From positions 648,498 through 680,497 of the forward strand of contig CAVPIA010000008.1 in assembly GCA_963704875.1 (NCBI GenBank): a stretch of 32,000 nucleotides of DNA, in the 5' to 3' direction. Below the pieces are notes generated by a model. That model had not been told where the DNA came from and ran no database searches. It saw only the letters and a list, made by a program, of their open reading frames with translations. This document shows, one piece after another, positions 16,656 through 32,000 of the stretch. A program made the translations under genes and the position numbers. Within the stretch, counting starts at the first letter, position 1. The number at the start of each line of letters is the position of its first letter. The stretch is from an uncultured Gammaproteobacteria bacterium (GTDB lineage: Bacteria > Pseudomonadota > Gammaproteobacteria > Steroidobacterales > XN24).

Positions 16656-16979
16656 CTAGACGTCCACGACCTCGTCGTTGGACTTGAAATAACGGACCTT
16701 GCGACCGTCTTCCAGCGTGCGTACGCCGACCCTGTCGCCTTTTTTGGTGACCGGGTTGAACAGCATCACGTTGGAGACGTGCAGCGGCATTTCCTTCTCG
16801 ATAATCCCACCCTGAACTCCGGCATTGGGGTTGGGCTTCTGGTGTTTCTTCACCACGTTCACGTTTTCCACCAGCAGGCGCTCGTTGTCGAACACCCGGA
16901 TGACGGTTCCACGACGGCCCTTATCCTTACCGGTGATGACGATGATTTCATCGCCCTTTTTAATATTTTCAATAGCCAT
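16656..16979 (-). CDS. rplX: 50S ribosomal protein L24, 107 aa
   Basis: The start is at the internal ATG ([26 protein letters not shown]...), after the rplN stop. The ORF-track extension overlaps rplN. Confidence 0.96.
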   Translation of the reverse strand: MAIENIKKGDEIIVITGKDKGRRGTVIRVFDNERLLVENVNVVKKHQKPNPNAGVQGGIIEKEMPLHVSNVMLFNPVTKKGDRVGVRTLEDGRKVRYFKSNDEVVDV

Positions 16980-16998
16980 CTGGTTTCTCCGCGACGCC

Positions 16999-17367
16999 TC
17001 AGAGCACTTCCGGCGCGAGGGATACAATCTTCATAAAACTGCCGCTACGCAGCTCGCGCGTGACCGGGCCGAAGATACGGGTACCGATCGGCTCGAGCCG
17101 GGCGTTGAGCAATACTGCGGCGTTGCCATCAAAGCGGATCAGCGACCCGTCGGGACGACGCACACCCTTGCGGGTACGCACCACGACCGCGTTGTAGACC
17201 TCGCCCTTCTTCACTTTGCCGCGCGGGATCGCGTCCTTGACGCTGACCTTGATAATGTCGCCTACACCGGCGTAACGGCGCTTGGAGCCGCCCAGTACTT
17301 TGATGCACTGGATGCGCCTGGCGCCGCTGTTATCAGCAGCAGTCAAAACCGTCTGCATCTGGATCAT
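16999..17367 (-). CDS. rplN: 50S ribosomal protein L14
   Basis: [39 protein letters not shown]... Confidence 0.98.
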   Translation of the reverse strand: MIQMQTVLTAADNSGARRIQCIKVLGGSKRRYAGVGDIIKVSVKDAIPRGKVKKGEVYNAVVVRTRKGVRRPDGSLIRFDGNAAVLLNARLEPIGTRIFGPVTRELRSGSFMKIVSLAPEVL

Positions 17368-17408
17368 GGCTTCTTCTCGTTACTCTCTGGCCGGCACCTG
17401 ATTCCGCG

Positions 17409-17687
17409 TTAGCGGACTTCGGCACGCTCCACGATATTGACCACACGCCAGGCCTTGTGCCGGGAAATCGGCCGACATTCGGCGATCTCCACGGTGTCCC
17501 CGATCTGGCACTCGTTATTCTCGTCATGGGCCATCAGCTTGGAGGTGCGACGGATGAACTTGCCGTAGACCGCGTGCTTGACCAGCCGCTCAACGGCGAC
17601 CGAAGCGGTCTTGTCCATGCGATTGCTTACCACCCGGCCGGTGACCGTGCGTTGCTTGCTTTCAGTTTCCTGCGTCGACTCGCTCAT
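17409..17687 (-). CDS. rpsQ: 30S ribosomal protein S17
   Basis: Contains ...[38 protein letters not shown]... The start overlaps the rpmC stop (ATGA). Confidence 0.98.
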   Translation of the reverse strand: MSESTQETESKQRTVTGRVVSNRMDKTASVAVERLVKHAVYGKFIRRTSKLMAHDENNECQIGDTVEIAECRPISRHKAWRVVNIVERAEVR

Positions 17688-17896
17688 TTCGCATCACCCG
17701 TGAGGCTGGCGGCCTCCATCTGCTTGAGCACGGTCTTGACCCGTGCAATATCCTTGCGGACCTTGCTGAACTGGTCCGGCCGCGCCATCTGACCCGAAGC
17801 GCGCTGCATACGCAGGTTGAACTGCTCACGGCGCAGGTTGAGGATCTCTTCCTGCAACTCGGCGGCGGTCTTGTTACGCAATTCGCTGGCCTTCAT
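17684..17896 (-). CDS. rpmC: 50S ribosomal protein L29
   Basis: [31 protein letters not shown]... The ATG at 17896 overlaps the rplP stop (TGATG). The first codon in the ORF track is a GTG one codon upstream. Confidence 0.96.
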   Translation of the reverse strand: MKASELRNKTAAELQEEILNLRREQFNLRMQRASGQMARPDQFSKVRKDIARVKTVLKQMEAASLTGDAK

Positions 17897-18309
17897 CACA
17901 TCACCTGCCTGGTCACGACGGTGGTCTCGATCGGGAGCTTGGCGGCGGCCAGGCGAAACGCCTCGCGCGCGATCTCCTCAGTCACACCTTCCATCTCATA
18001 CAGGACCCGCCCAGGCTGAATCTGACAGACCCAGTACTCGACGTTGCCCTTACCCTTACCCTGACGCACTTCCAGCGGCTTCTGGGTGATCGGCTTGTCC
18101 GGGAACACCCGGATCCAGATCTTGCCGCCACGTTTCACATGACGAGTCATGGCGCGTCGGGCTGCCTCGATCTGGCGTGCCGTCAGGCGTCCGCGTCCCA
18201 CAGCCTTCAGGGCGTATTCCCCAAACGACACGGAGCTACCGCGCAGCGCAAGACCGCGGTTCTTGCCCTTTTGCTGCTTTCTGTATTTGGTTCTCTTCGG
18301 CTGCAACAT
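17896..18309 (-). CDS. rplP: 50S ribosomal protein L16
   Basis: [21 protein letters not shown]... Confidence 0.98.
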   Translation of the reverse strand: MLQPKRTKYRKQQKGKNRGLALRGSSVSFGEYALKAVGRGRLTARQIEAARRAMTRHVKRGGKIWIRVFPDKPITQKPLEVRQGKGKGNVEYWVCQIQPGRVLYEMEGVTEEIAREAFRLAAAKLPIETTVVTRQVM

Positions 18310-18320
18310 CTCGCTGACTC

Positions 18321-19004
18321 CTACTTCGCCGCTGCCGCTTCGGTCGCCGCCGACACCGGCTCAGGCGTGTCGAAGACTTCACCCTTGAAGATCCACACCT
18401 TGACGCCAATGACGCCATACGTGGTGCGGGCCTCAGCCAGGGCGTAATCAATTTCTGCGCGGAACGTGTGCAGCGGCACCCGACCCTCGCGATACCATTC
18501 CGAACGCGCAATCTCGGCGCCATTCAGCCGGCCGCCGACCTTGACCTTGACGCCCTGGGCACCCAGACGCATCGTGTTGGTGACCGCCCGCTTCATCGCC
18601 CGGCGGAACATCACCCGGCGCTCCAGCTGCTGTGCAATGCCTTCTGCGACCAGCTGAGCATCCAGCTCCGGCTTGCGGATTTCGGCGATGTTGATGCGCA
18701 CATCCCCGGCCGGCATCTTCATCATCTGCGCAACTTCATTGCGCAGGCGCTCGATGTCCTCGCCTTTCTTACCGATCACGATGCCCGGCCGCGCCGTATG
18801 CACCGTGATGTGGATCTTGCGCGCGGGCCGCTCGATATGGATCTTGCTCACCGAGGCCTGGGCCAGCTTCTTCTTCAGGAACTCCCTGATCTGGTAGTCC
18901 GAGTTAACGAACTCCGCGAAGGTGCCGGTATCGGCGTACCAGCGTGAGGTCCAGTCTCTGGTGATCCCAAGACGAATCCCGATCGGATTTACTTTCTGAC
19001 CCAT
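18321..19004 (-). CDS. rpsC: 30S ribosomal protein S3
   Basis: [24 protein letters not shown]... 227 aa. Confidence 0.98.
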   Translation of the reverse strand: MGQKVNPIGIRLGITRDWTSRWYADTGTFAEFVNSDYQIREFLKKKLAQASVSKIHIERPARKIHITVHTARPGIVIGKKGEDIERLRNEVAQMMKMPAGDVRINIAEIRKPELDAQLVAEGIAQQLERRVMFRRAMKRAVTNTMRLGAQGVKVKVGGRLNGAEIARSEWYREGRVPLHTFRAEIDYALAEARTTYGVIGVKVWIFKGEVFDTPEPVSAATEAAAAK

Positions 19005-19021
19005 TACGGCTTCCCTAGTCC

Positions 19022-19354
19022 TTACTCGTCCGCCACTTTCACAGTGATATGGCTGTTACGCTTGATGATCCGGGCTCCACGACCGCGGGCACGTGCCCGA
19101 TGACGCTTGAATGTCGGCGCTTCATCGACCGCGATGAAGGCGACTTTTAGCTCGTCGATATCCGCGCCATGATTGTGCTCAGCATTCGCGATCGCCGACT
19201 CCAGCAACTTCTTCACAATGCGGGCAGCCTTCTTCGGCGTGAACGTCAGCGTCTGCAAGGCCTCACCCACCGGCTTGCCACGGACCATGTCCGCCACCAG
19301 CCGGCACTTCTGCGGCGAAATCCGCGCATGACTCAGCTTTGCTGCTACGTGCAT
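19022..19354 (-). CDS. rplV: 50S ribosomal protein L22, 110 aa
   Basis: The start is at the internal ATG ([27 protein letters not shown]...), after the rpsS stop. The ORF-track extension overlaps rpsS. Confidence 0.96.
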   Translation of the reverse strand: MHVAAKLSHARISPQKCRLVADMVRGKPVGEALQTLTFTPKKAARIVKKLLESAIANAEHNHGADIDELKVAFIAVDEAPTFKRHRARARGRGARIIKRNSHITVKVADE

Positions 19355-19364
19355 CTCTCTGTCC

Positions 19365-19637
19365 TCACTTGGCCTTGCGATCGCCGGAATGGCCGCGGAA
19401 TGTCCGCGTCTGGGCAAACTCGCCAAGCTTGTGGCCGACCATGTTCTCGGAGATCAACACCGGCATGTGCTGGCGACCGTTATGGATCGCGATGGTCAAA
19501 CCGACCATCTCCGGTGAAACCATCGAACGCCGCGACCAGGTTTTGATCGGTCGCCGGTCGTTCCGCTCCTGAGCCGCAGTCACCTTTTTCGCAAGGTGCG
19601 CATCGATAAAGGGGCCTTTCTTAACCGAACGTGGCAC
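19365..19637 (-). CDS. rpsS: 30S ribosomal protein S19
   Basis: [19 protein letters not shown]... Confidence 0.98.
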   Translation of the reverse strand: MPRSVKKGPFIDAHLAKKVTAAQERNDRRPIKTWSRRSMVSPEMVGLTIAIHNGRQHMPVLISENMVGHKLGEFAQTRTFRGHSGDRKAK

Positions 19638-19648
19638 GGCTGAATCTC

Positions 19649-20476
19649 CTACTTCTTGTTCCGGCGGCGGACAATCTGATTGTCCGTACGCTTGTTATTC
19701 CGGGTCTTGTAACCCTTGGTCGGTGTCCCCCACGGAGACACCGGATGACGGCCGCCGGAAGTACGACCCTCACCACCGCCATGCGGATGATCCACCGGGT
19801 TCATCGCCACACCGCGGACGGTCGGGCGAACACCACGCCAGCGCGTCGCGCCAGCCTTGCCGAGCTTGCGCAGGCTGTGCTCACCGTTGCCAACCTCGCC
19901 GATCGTGGCGCGGCAATCGACGTGCACTTTGCGCATTTCGCCGGAGCGCAGACGCAAGGTGGCATATACACCTTCGCGTGCAGCGATCTGAACCGTCGCG
20001 CCCGCGCTGCGCGCCAACTGCGCGCCTTTGCCAGGCCGCATTTCGATGCAATGCACCTGCGTACCCACCGGGATGTTACGCAATGGCAGACAGCTGCCCG
20101 GCTTGATCGGCGCATCGGCACCGGACATCACCGGATCACCAATCTGCAGACCCTTGGGACGGATGATGTAGCGACGCTCACCATCCGCGTAGAGCACCAA
20201 TGCCAGCTGCGCGCTGCGGTTCGGATCGTATTCAAAACGCTCGACACGGCCGGGAACCCCGTCCTTGGTGCGCTTGAAATCGACCAGACGATAACGCTGC
20301 TTGTGACCACCACCGGTATGCCGGGTGGTGATACGACCGGCATTATTGCGGCCGCCGGTCTTGCTCTTCTTCGCAAGCAGCGGGCCGAAGGGCTTGCCCT
20401 TGTGCAAGTCCGCGGTTTTGACGCGGACCACAAAACGGCGGCCGGCCGATGTCGGTTTTGTCTTCTGCAGTGCCAT
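19649..20476 (-). CDS. rplB: 50S ribosomal protein L2
   Basis: [19 protein letters not shown]... and ...[28 protein letters not shown]... Confidence 0.98.
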   Translation of the reverse strand: MALQKTKPTSAGRRFVVRVKTADLHKGKPFGPLLAKKSKTGGRNNAGRITTRHTGGGHKQRYRLVDFKRTKDGVPGRVERFEYDPNRSAQLALVLYADGERRYIIRPKGLQIGDPVMSGADAPIKPGSCLPLRNIPVGTQVHCIEMRPGKGAQLARSAGATVQIAAREGVYATLRLRSGEMRKVHVDCRATIGEVGNGEHSLRKLGKAGATRWRGVRPTVRGVAMNPVDHPHGGGEGRTSGGRHPVSPWGTPTKGYKTRNNKRTDNQIVRRRNKK

Positions 20477-20514
20477 GGCTGCTACCCTGCTTCCTTAAAT
20501 CTGATCCTGGCCGC

Positions 20515-20811
20515 TTACTCAGCGCCCAGGAAATCGATGCTCTGGCCCTCGGCCAGCCGCACATATGCTTTCTTCCAATCCGAACGTTTGCCGTTGAGCC
20601 GCCCGAAGCGCTTGGCCTTGCCGTACTGGTTAAGCACCTGTACGCCTTCGACCTTGACCTCGAACATCAGCTCGACTGCCTTGCGGATTTCTGCCTTGTT
20701 CGCGTCACGGCGGACCCGGAAGATCACCTGGTTGTGCTTCTCGGCCAGGATCGTGCCCTTTTCTGACACATGCGGGCCAAGCAGCACCGTCATCAGTCTT
20801 TCCTGGCTCAT
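20515..20811 (-). CDS. rplW: 50S ribosomal protein L23
   Basis: Contains ...[45 protein letters not shown]... The start overlaps the rplD stop (ATGA). Confidence 0.97.
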   Translation of the reverse strand: MSQERLMTVLLGPHVSEKGTILAEKHNQVIFRVRRDANKAEIRKAVELMFEVKVEGVQVLNQYGKAKRFGRLNGKRSDWKKAYVRLAEGQSIDFLGAE

Positions 20812-21422
20812 ACCAGCTTCTCCTCAATCCGGCGCAGCGCAGCGACCGACATCACCACATGCTCATAGCGGAGCAGGCTGACGGGATCGACCGCAGTGGC
20901 TTCCAGAACCTCCACATGCGGCAGATTACGGGCGGCCAGAAAAATCTTTTCGTCATAAGCCTCGGTCACGATCAACCCGCTGCTTACACCCAGCTCTTTC
21001 AGCTTGGCGACCATCAGGCGGGTCTTCGGCTCGGCCAGCTCCAGCGTTTCGACGATCAGCAGGCGCTCCCGGCGAATCAGCTCCGACAGCAGCGAACGCA
21101 TCGCCGCCCGGTACATCTTCCGGTTGACCTTCTGCTCGAAATTCCGCGGACGGGCTGCGAACGTGCGGCCACCGCCAACCCAGATCGGGCTGCGGATGGT
21201 GCCGGCGCGAGCGCGGCCGGTGCCTTTCTGGCGCCAGGGCTTGATACCGCCGCCACGCACGTCCGAACGGGTCTTCTGCGCCTTGGTGCCTGAGCGTCCT
21301 GCCGCCATATAGGCGTTGACTACCTGGTGCACCAGGCCTTCGTTGAATTCACGGCCGAAAGCAAGCTCGGAAACCTGCAGGTCCTTGCCCGATGCGCCGT
21401 GGAGTTGAATCTTCATCGACAT
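20808..21422 (-). CDS. rplD: 50S ribosomal protein L4
   Basis: Contains ...[56 protein letters not shown]... The ATG at 21422 is preceded by GGGGGTAAGA. Confidence 0.97.
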   Translation of the reverse strand: MSMKIQLHGASGKDLQVSELAFGREFNEGLVHQVVNAYMAAGRSGTKAQKTRSDVRGGGIKPWRQKGTGRARAGTIRSPIWVGGGRTFAARPRNFEQKVNRKMYRAAMRSLLSELIRRERLLIVETLELAEPKTRLMVAKLKELGVSSGLIVTEAYDEKIFLAARNLPHVEVLEATAVDPVSLLRYEHVVMSVAALRRIEEKLV

Positions 21423-21424
21423 TC

Positions 21425-22069
21425 TTACCCCCGGGCCTTGATAGCAGGCTGCACAATGACGTCGCCGCCTTTGGAACCGGGGACCGCGCCACGCACCAGC
21501 AGCAGATTGCGTTCCACATCGACACGCACCACGGTCAGATTCTGTGCAGTAGTACGAGCATTACCCATATGGCCGGCCATCCGCTTGCCCTTGAACACGC
21601 GACCGGGGGTCTGGTTCTGACCAATAGAACCAGGCGCGCGATGGGACAGGGAGTTGCCGTGAGTGGCGTCCTGAGTACGGAAGTTATGACGCTTGACGGC
21701 GCCGGCAAAGCCCTTGCCGATGCTGGTGCCAATCACGTCAACGGTCTGACCATCGGTGAATGACTCGACGGTGATGTCGCCACCTGGAGCGAAGTCGGCA
21801 CCCTCTTCGCCTTCGAGGCGGAATTCCCACAAACCACGACCAGCCTCTACCCCTGCCTTGGCGTAGTGCCCCTGCTGAGGCTTGGTTACGCGGGAGGCCC
21901 GGCGGGTGCCGGTGGTGACCTGCACCGCGCGGTAGCCGTCAGACTCCGCGGTCTTCACCTGGGTGATCCGGTTCGGTAACGCCTCGATCACGGTAACCGG
22001 GATAGATTCCCCGTCTTCCGTAAACACACGCGTCATGCCGCACTTGCGGCCAACTAGACCGATAGCCAT
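21425..22069 (-). CDS. rplC: 50S ribosomal protein L3, 214 aa
   Basis: The start is at the internal ATG ([30 protein letters not shown]...) with AGGA 9 nt upstream. The 22-codon upstream extension in the ORF track is spacer sequence. Confidence 0.96.
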   Translation of the reverse strand: MAIGLVGRKCGMTRVFTEDGESIPVTVIEALPNRITQVKTAESDGYRAVQVTTGTRRASRVTKPQQGHYAKAGVEAGRGLWEFRLEGEEGADFAPGGDITVESFTDGQTVDVIGTSIGKGFAGAVKRHNFRTQDATHGNSLSHRAPGSIGQNQTPGRVFKGKRMAGHMGNARTTAQNLTVVRVDVERNLLLVRGAVPGSKGGDVIVQPAIKARG

Positions 22070-22176
22070 CTTGTCTATTCCTCTGTCACCGCGCCGGCTT
22101 CGATTGGTCAGCGCTGTATCTCGAAACTTGACCACCCGTGCCGGAGTCCGGCCGCGTGGCTGTCCCTTTCAAATCA

Positions 22177-22209
22177 GCGGCCCGGCGCGGGAAATCCGCA
22201 CCGGGCCGC
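22177..22209 (-). promoter_or_regulatory. Strong GC hairpin in the rpsJ-rplC spacer (candidate 5'-leader structure or attenuator)
   Basis: Minus sense reads GCGGCCCGGTGCGG-ATTTC-CCGCGCCGGGCCGC: 14 contiguous pairs (13 Watson-Crick plus 1 G.U) and a 5-nt loop, followed by TGATTTGAAA. It begins ~13 nt downstream of the TATAAT at 22222-22227. Confidence 0.5.
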
Positions 22210-22221
22210 AGGGAGCAGACC

Positions 22222-22250
22222 ATTATAAGAGAACGAATCTCTTAATTCAA
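22222..22250 (-). promoter_or_regulatory. Candidate sigma70 promoter overlapping the rpsJ stop, reading toward rplC
   Basis: Minus sense reads TTGAAT (22250-22245, the last two sense codons of rpsJ), then a 17-nt spacer, then TATAAT (22227-22222). This is a short AT-rich island in otherwise GC-rich DNA. Confidence 0.5.
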
Positions 22251-22553
22251 TTTAATCTGCACGTCCACGCCAGCCGGGAGTTCCAGCTTCATCAGGGCGT
22301 CGACGGTCTTGTCCGTCGGGTCCATGATCTCCATCAGCCGCTTGTGCGTCCGGATCTCATACTGGTCGCGGGCATCCTTGTTGACATGCGGCGACACCAG
22401 CACGGTCCAGCGCTCTTTCTTGGTCGGCAGCGGCACGGGTCCGCGCACCTGGGCGCCGGTCCGTTTCGCAGTCTCGACAATCTCCCGCGCCGAGGTATCG
22501 ATCAATCGGTGATCGAAAGACTTCAGCCGGATTCGGATGTTCTGGTTAGCCAT
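22242..22553 (-). CDS. rpsJ: 30S ribosomal protein S10, 103 aa
   Basis: [34 protein letters not shown]... The ATG is at 22553; the first codon in the ORF track is a TTG one codon upstream. Confidence 0.97.
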   Translation of the reverse strand: MANQNIRIRLKSFDHRLIDTSAREIVETAKRTGAQVRGPVPLPTKKERWTVLVSPHVNKDARDQYEIRTHKRLMEIMDPTDKTVDALMKLELPAGVDVQIKLN

Positions 22554-22581
22554 CAAATGCTCCGCAATTCGATCTCGCCAG

Positions 22582-22607
22582 CCCCGAGCGGAGTATTCCG
22601 CCCGGGG
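22582..22607 (-). promoter_or_regulatory. 11-bp hairpin in the 63-nt tuf-rpsJ spacer (no U-tract)
   Basis: Minus sense reads CCCCGGGCGGA-ATAC-TCCGCTCGGGG (one G.U pair) and is followed by CTGGCGAGATCG. It is not a canonical intrinsic terminator. It could be a processing or stability element, or part of an S10-leader-type structure. Confidence 0.35.
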
Positions 22608-22619
22608 TTGGCGCTGACA

Positions 22620-23810
<1,191 letters not shown>

Positions 23811-23856
23811 GGCTGCCTACCTCTAATACAAATCGCTACAGGGAATCTTCAAACTG

Positions 23857-25950
23857 TCAGGAAGCTTTCTTCATGACAGCTTCGGCCACGCTGTTCGGGG
23901 CCTCGTTATACTTCTCAAACTCCATCGAGTACGTCGCCCGACCCTGGGTGGCGGATCGCAGGTCGGTCGCATAACCGAACATCTCGGCCAGCGGCACCTC
24001 GGCGCGAACCAGCTTTCCGGCCGGCGAATCTTCCATGCCCTGGACGATGCCGCGACGGCGATTCAGGTCGCCCATCACATCGCCCATGTAATCCTCAGGC
24101 GTGACCACCTCGACCTTCATGATCGGCTCAAGCAGTACCGGCTTGGCCTTCAACGCGCCTTCCTTTACCGCCATCGAACCAGCGATCTTGAACGCCATTT
24201 CGCTGGAGTCCACGTCGTGATAGGAACCGTCGAACAGCGTGACCTTGACATCGACCACCGGGAAGCCGGCGATCACGCCATTTTCCAGCTGCTCCTGTGC
24301 GCCCTTGTTGACCGCGTTGATATATTCCTTCGGCACAGCACCACCGACAATGGCGTTCTCGAACTCGTAGCCCTTGCCTGGTTCCTGAGGCCCCATCCGC
24401 AACCACACGTGGCCGTACTGGCCGCGGCCACCGGACTGGCGCACGAACTTGCCTTCCTGCTCGACCTCGGCGCGAATCGTCTCGCGGTAGGCGACCTGGG
24501 GCTTGCCCACGTTGGCCTCGACCTTGAACTCACGGCGCATGCGATCAACGATGATCTCCAGATGCAGTTCGCCCATGCCGGAGATGATGGTCTGGCCGGA
24601 CTCCTCGTCGGTGTGCACCCGGAAAGACGGATCTTCCTGGGCCAGCTTGGACAGCGCGATACCCATCTTTTCCTGGTCCGCCTTGGTCTTCGGCTCCACC
24701 GCGACCGCGATCACAGGCTCGGGGAACTCCATCCGCTCGAGGGTGATCACCTTCTTCATATCGGAAAGCGTGTCACCGGTGGTGACGTCTTTCAGCCCCA
24801 CCGCTGCGGCAATGTCGCCGGCTCGCACTTCCTTGATTTCGGCCCGTTCATTGGCGTGCATCTGCAGGATACGGCCGATGCGCTCGCGCTTGCCCTTGAC
24901 CGGGTTGTAGACCGTATCGCCGGAATGAATCACGCCGGAATAAACCCGGAAGAACGTCAGGCTGCCGACAAACGGGTCGGTAGCGATCTTGAATGCCAGC
25001 GCCGCGAACGGCTCGTCATCATCGGACTTGCGGACCCCTTCAGACTCATCCTCGAGCACGCCGCGAATCGCGGGTACTTCTGCCGGCGACGGCATGTACT
25101 CGACCACGCCATCCAGCATGGCCTGCACGCCCTTGTTCTTGAACGCCGAGCCGCACATTACCGGCACGACTTCATTAGCCAGAGTGCGCGCGCGAACGCC
25201 GCGGCGAATCTCCTCCACCGTCAGCGCCTCGCCCTCCAGAAATTTCTCGAGCAACTGCTCGTCGCCCTCGGCTGCGGCTTCGATCAGATGCTCGCGCCAT
25301 TCCTGACAGGCAGCGACCATGTCCGCCGGGATGTCCTTCAATTCGTAGCTCATCCCCTGGGTAGCGTCGTCCCAGTAGATGGCTTTCATCTGCAGCAGAT
25401 CAACCACGCCCTGGAAATTTTCTTCAGCGCCGATCGGCAACTGCAGCGGCACCGGGGTCGCACCCAGACGGTCTTTGATCTGCCGGACTACACGCAGAAA
25501 GTCGGCACCGGCGCGATCCATCTTGTTGACGAAGGCCATGCGCGGCACTTTGTACTTGGTCGCCTGACGCCAGACTGTTTCCGACTGTGGCTCGACACCG
25601 CCTACGGAACAGAAAACCGCAACCGCGCCATCGAGCACGCGCAAGGAACGCTCAACCTCGATCGTGAAATCGACATGTCCCGGGGTATCGATGATATTGA
25701 TACGGTGCTGCGGATACTGGCGGTCCATACCCTCCCAGAAACAGGTGGTCGCCGCAGAAGTGATGGTGATACCACGCTCCTGCTCCTGCTCCATCCAATC
25801 CATCACGGCCGCGCCGTCATGAACTTCACCGATTTTGTGCGACACGCCGGTGTAGAACAGAACACGCTCTGTCGTCGTCGTTTTACCGGCGTCGATGTGA
25901 GCCATGATTCCGATGTTCCGATAGCGCTCGATAGGCGTCGTGCGTGCCAC
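23857..25950 (-). CDS. fusA: Elongation factor G, 697 aa
   Basis: (GTG)[34 protein letters not shown]... GAGG lies 9 nt upstream of the GTG start. Confidence 0.99.
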   Translation of the reverse strand: MARTTPIERYRNIGIMAHIDAGKTTTTERVLFYTGVSHKIGEVHDGAAVMDWMEQEQERGITITSAATTCFWEGMDRQYPQHRINIIDTPGHVDFTIEVERSLRVLDGAVAVFCSVGGVEPQSETVWRQATKYKVPRMAFVNKMDRAGADFLRVVRQIKDRLGATPVPLQLPIGAEENFQGVVDLLQMKAIYWDDATQGMSYELKDIPADMVAACQEWREHLIEAAAEGDEQLLEKFLEGEALTVEEIRRGVRARTLANEVVPVMCGSAFKNKGVQAMLDGVVEYMPSPAEVPAIRGVLEDESEGVRKSDDDEPFAALAFKIATDPFVGSLTFFRVYSGVIHSGDTVYNPVKGKRERIGRILQMHANERAEIKEVRAGDIAAAVGLKDVTTGDTLSDMKKVITLERMEFPEPVIAVAVEPKTKADQEKMGIALSKLAQEDPSFRVHTDEESGQTIISGMGELHLEIIVDRMRREFKVEANVGKPQVAYRETIRAEVEQEGKFVRQSGGRGQYGHVWLRMGPQEPGKGYEFENAIVGGAVPKEYINAVNKGAQEQLENGVIAGFPVVDVKVTLFDGSYHDVDSSEMAFKIAGSMAVKEGALKAKPVLLEPIMKVEVVTPEDYMGDVMGDLNRRRGIVQGMEDSPAGKLVRAEVPLAEMFGYATDLRSATQGRATYSMEFEKYNEAPNSVAEAVMKKAS

Positions 25951-25994
25951 GATCAGTACCTCAAAAAATCAAAAAAGAAGGGGTAGGGCTAGCG

Positions 25995-26474
25995 TTACCA
26001 GCGGTAATGCGAGAACGCCTTGTTGGCCTCGGCCATGCGATGCGTGTCTTCACGCTTTTTCACAGCGCTGCCACGATTCTCGGACGCTTCCATCAGCTCG
26101 TTGGCGAGCCGCTGGGCCATGGATTTCTCGCTGCGCTTGCGAGCCGCATCGATAACCCAACGCATGGCGAGCGTCTGACGACGTACCTGGCGCACTTCGA
26201 CCGGCACCTGATAGGTGGCGCCGCCGACCCGACGGGATTTCACCTCGACCGCCGGTTTGACGTTCTCCAGCGCCTGCTCGAGCACATCCACCGCCTGCTC
26301 GGACGCAATCTTGCGCCGCTCGGCGATGCTGTCGATCGCGCCGTAAATAATGCGCTCGGCGACCGATTTCTTGCCGCTCTCCATGATCATGTTCATGAAT
26401 TTGGCAAGCATCTGGCTGCCAAATCGGGGATCGGGAAGGGTCGCGCGTTTCGGCGCTTGTGCTCGTCTGGACAT
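25995..26474 (-). CDS. rpsG: 30S ribosomal protein S7
   Basis: Contains ...[34 protein letters not shown]... and ends ...[15 protein letters not shown]. Confidence 0.98.
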   Translation of the reverse strand: MSRRAQAPKRATLPDPRFGSQMLAKFMNMIMESGKKSVAERIIYGAIDSIAERRKIASEQAVDVLEQALENVKPAVEVKSRRVGGATYQVPVEVRQVRRQTLAMRWVIDAARKRSEKSMAQRLANELMEASENRGSAVKKREDTHRMAEANKAFSHYRW

Positions 26475-26511
26475 GGGACCGCCTACATCAAATTATAAAA
26501 ACAGCGTCGGA

Positions 26512-26886
26512 TCAGGACTTGGGCCGCTTGGCGCCGTATTTGGAACGGCCCTGGCGGCGGTCCGAAACACCGGCACAATCAAGCGTGCCGCGGACCGTGT
26601 GATAGCGAACACCGGGCAGGTCCTTGACGCGACCGCCGCGGATCATGACCACCGAGTGCTCCTGCAGGTTGTGTCCTTCGCCACCGATGTAGCTGGACAC
26701 CTCAAAACCATTGGTCAAACGCACGCGGGCGACTTTGCGCAGAGCCGAGTTCGGCTTCTTGGGCGTCGTCGTGTAGACCCGGGTACAGACGCCACGGCGC
26801 TGCGGGCTGGCCTGGAGTGCAGGCACATTGGTCTTGTCCCGCTTTACGCGGCGGGGTTTACGTACCAGTTGATTAATCGTCGCCAT
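26512..26886 (-). CDS. rpsL: 30S ribosomal protein S12
   Basis: [52 protein letters not shown]... The wild-type-looking TPKKPNSA and [13 protein letters not shown] segments are present. Confidence 0.99.
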   Translation of the reverse strand: MATINQLVRKPRRVKRDKTNVPALQASPQRRGVCTRVYTTTPKKPNSALRKVARVRLTNGFEVSSYIGGEGHNLQEHSVVMIRGGRVKDLPGVRYHTVRGTLDCAGVSDRRQGRSKYGAKRPKS

Positions 26887-26913
26887 CTATATTTCTCTGT
26901 CCCAGTTCTCTGC

Positions 26914-26950
26914 GATATCTCTGTTCGATATCTCTGTTTGATATTCCAGA
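26914..26950. repeat. 13-bp tandem repeat (2 full copies plus a partial third) in the rpsL 5' leader
   Basis: Plus strand has GATATCTCTGTTC (26914-26926), GATATCTCTGTTT (26927-26939) and GATATTCCAGA (26940-26950). In leader sense this gives four CAGAGA motifs within ~60 nt upstream of the rpsL ATG. Confidence 0.8.
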
Positions 26951-27038
26951 GAAGAACCGGGCCGCCCTGGGGCGACCCGACTCTTGGATAAGGTTTTACA
27001 GACCGACAAATTGCGGGCGGCCTGAGCGTAGCCTCGGA

Positions 27039-27067
27039 ATTCTAGAAAGGGGCGGCCGGTCTGTCAA
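27039..27067 (-). promoter_or_regulatory. Candidate str-operon (rpsL) sigma70 promoter
   Basis: Minus sense reads TTGACA (27067-27062, perfect -35), then a 17-nt spacer GACCGGCCGCCCCTTTC, then TAGAAT (27044-27039, 5/6 match). It lies ~150 nt upstream of the rpsL ATG, and the -35 sits in the loop of the rpoC terminator hairpin. Confidence 0.6.
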
Positions 27068-27076
27068 CCAGCCGCC
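27041..27076 (-). terminator. Hairpin terminator candidate after rpoC
   Basis: Minus sense reads GGCGGCTGGT-TGACAG-ACCGGCCGCC, a 10-bp stem with one G.U pair, starting 5 nt after the rpoC stop. It is followed by CCTTTCT, a weak U-tract. Confidence 0.5.
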
Positions 27077-27081
27077 GCTTT

Positions 27082-31290
<4,209 letters not shown>

Positions 31291-31347
31291 GGTGTCACCT
31301 GCCCCGGGGGCTAAATTCTGTCAGTCCGATCAATCCGCGCGTGCGCC

Positions 31348-32000
<653 letters not shown>

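Noticed and set aside
26914-26950. A tandem 13-bp repeat, considered as a possible CRISPR or other array.
   Set aside because: The repeats are directly adjacent with no spacers, and there are only ~2.5 copies. This is a simple tandem duplication in the rpsL leader, not a CRISPR array.

Overview
This 32-kb window comes from a GC-rich proteobacterial chromosome; the gene order and protein sequences look gamma/beta-proteobacterial. It has three parts. (1) nt 1-3246 (+) holds the end of an NAD-dependent formate dehydrogenase operon: fdsB (C-terminal part only) and a complete fdsA. (2) nt ~3247-7690 is a mosaic accessory patch that exactly fills the gap between two convergent core genes, fdsA (+) and a PF06189-type 5'-nucleotidase (-). 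I read this patch as a decayed chromosomal integron. It contains a 66-codon C-terminal remnant of an integron-type tyrosine recombinase (7235-7435, +). On the opposite strand, on the side of the missing intI 5' end, sits a run of small unrelated ORFs: a VOC/glyoxalase-fold enzyme, a 4-TM orphan, a TM-anchored orphan and a 5'-truncated NTF2/SnoaL-like gene. By eye this DNA is more AT-rich than its flanks. The ORFs are separated by imperfect palindromes ending in RYYYAAC/GTTRRRY-like boxes (attC-like); the best one is 4468-4564. An oppositely oriented, host-like-GC SDR+DUF2867 gene and a truncated BrnT-like toxin fragment are also embedded in the patch. (3) nt 8761-32000 (-) is an uninterrupted transcription/translation supercluster: rpoB (3' part)-rpoC-rpsL-rpsG-fusA-tuf-S10 operon-spc operon (with secY, rpmJ)-alpha operon (rpsM-rpsK-rpsD-rpoA-rplQ). 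All genes are intact and in canonical order. Regulatory candidates in this cluster are a near-consensus promoter whose -35 lies in the loop of the rpoC terminator hairpin (str operon), and a TTGAAT-17-TATAAT promoter overlapping the rpsJ stop. The second promoter is followed by an unusually long 172-nt rpsJ-rplC spacer carrying a 14-bp GC hairpin. I saw no rRNA, tRNA or CRISPR array. All family assignments rest on motif recognition from memory and on counting in the sequence; no database search was possible.
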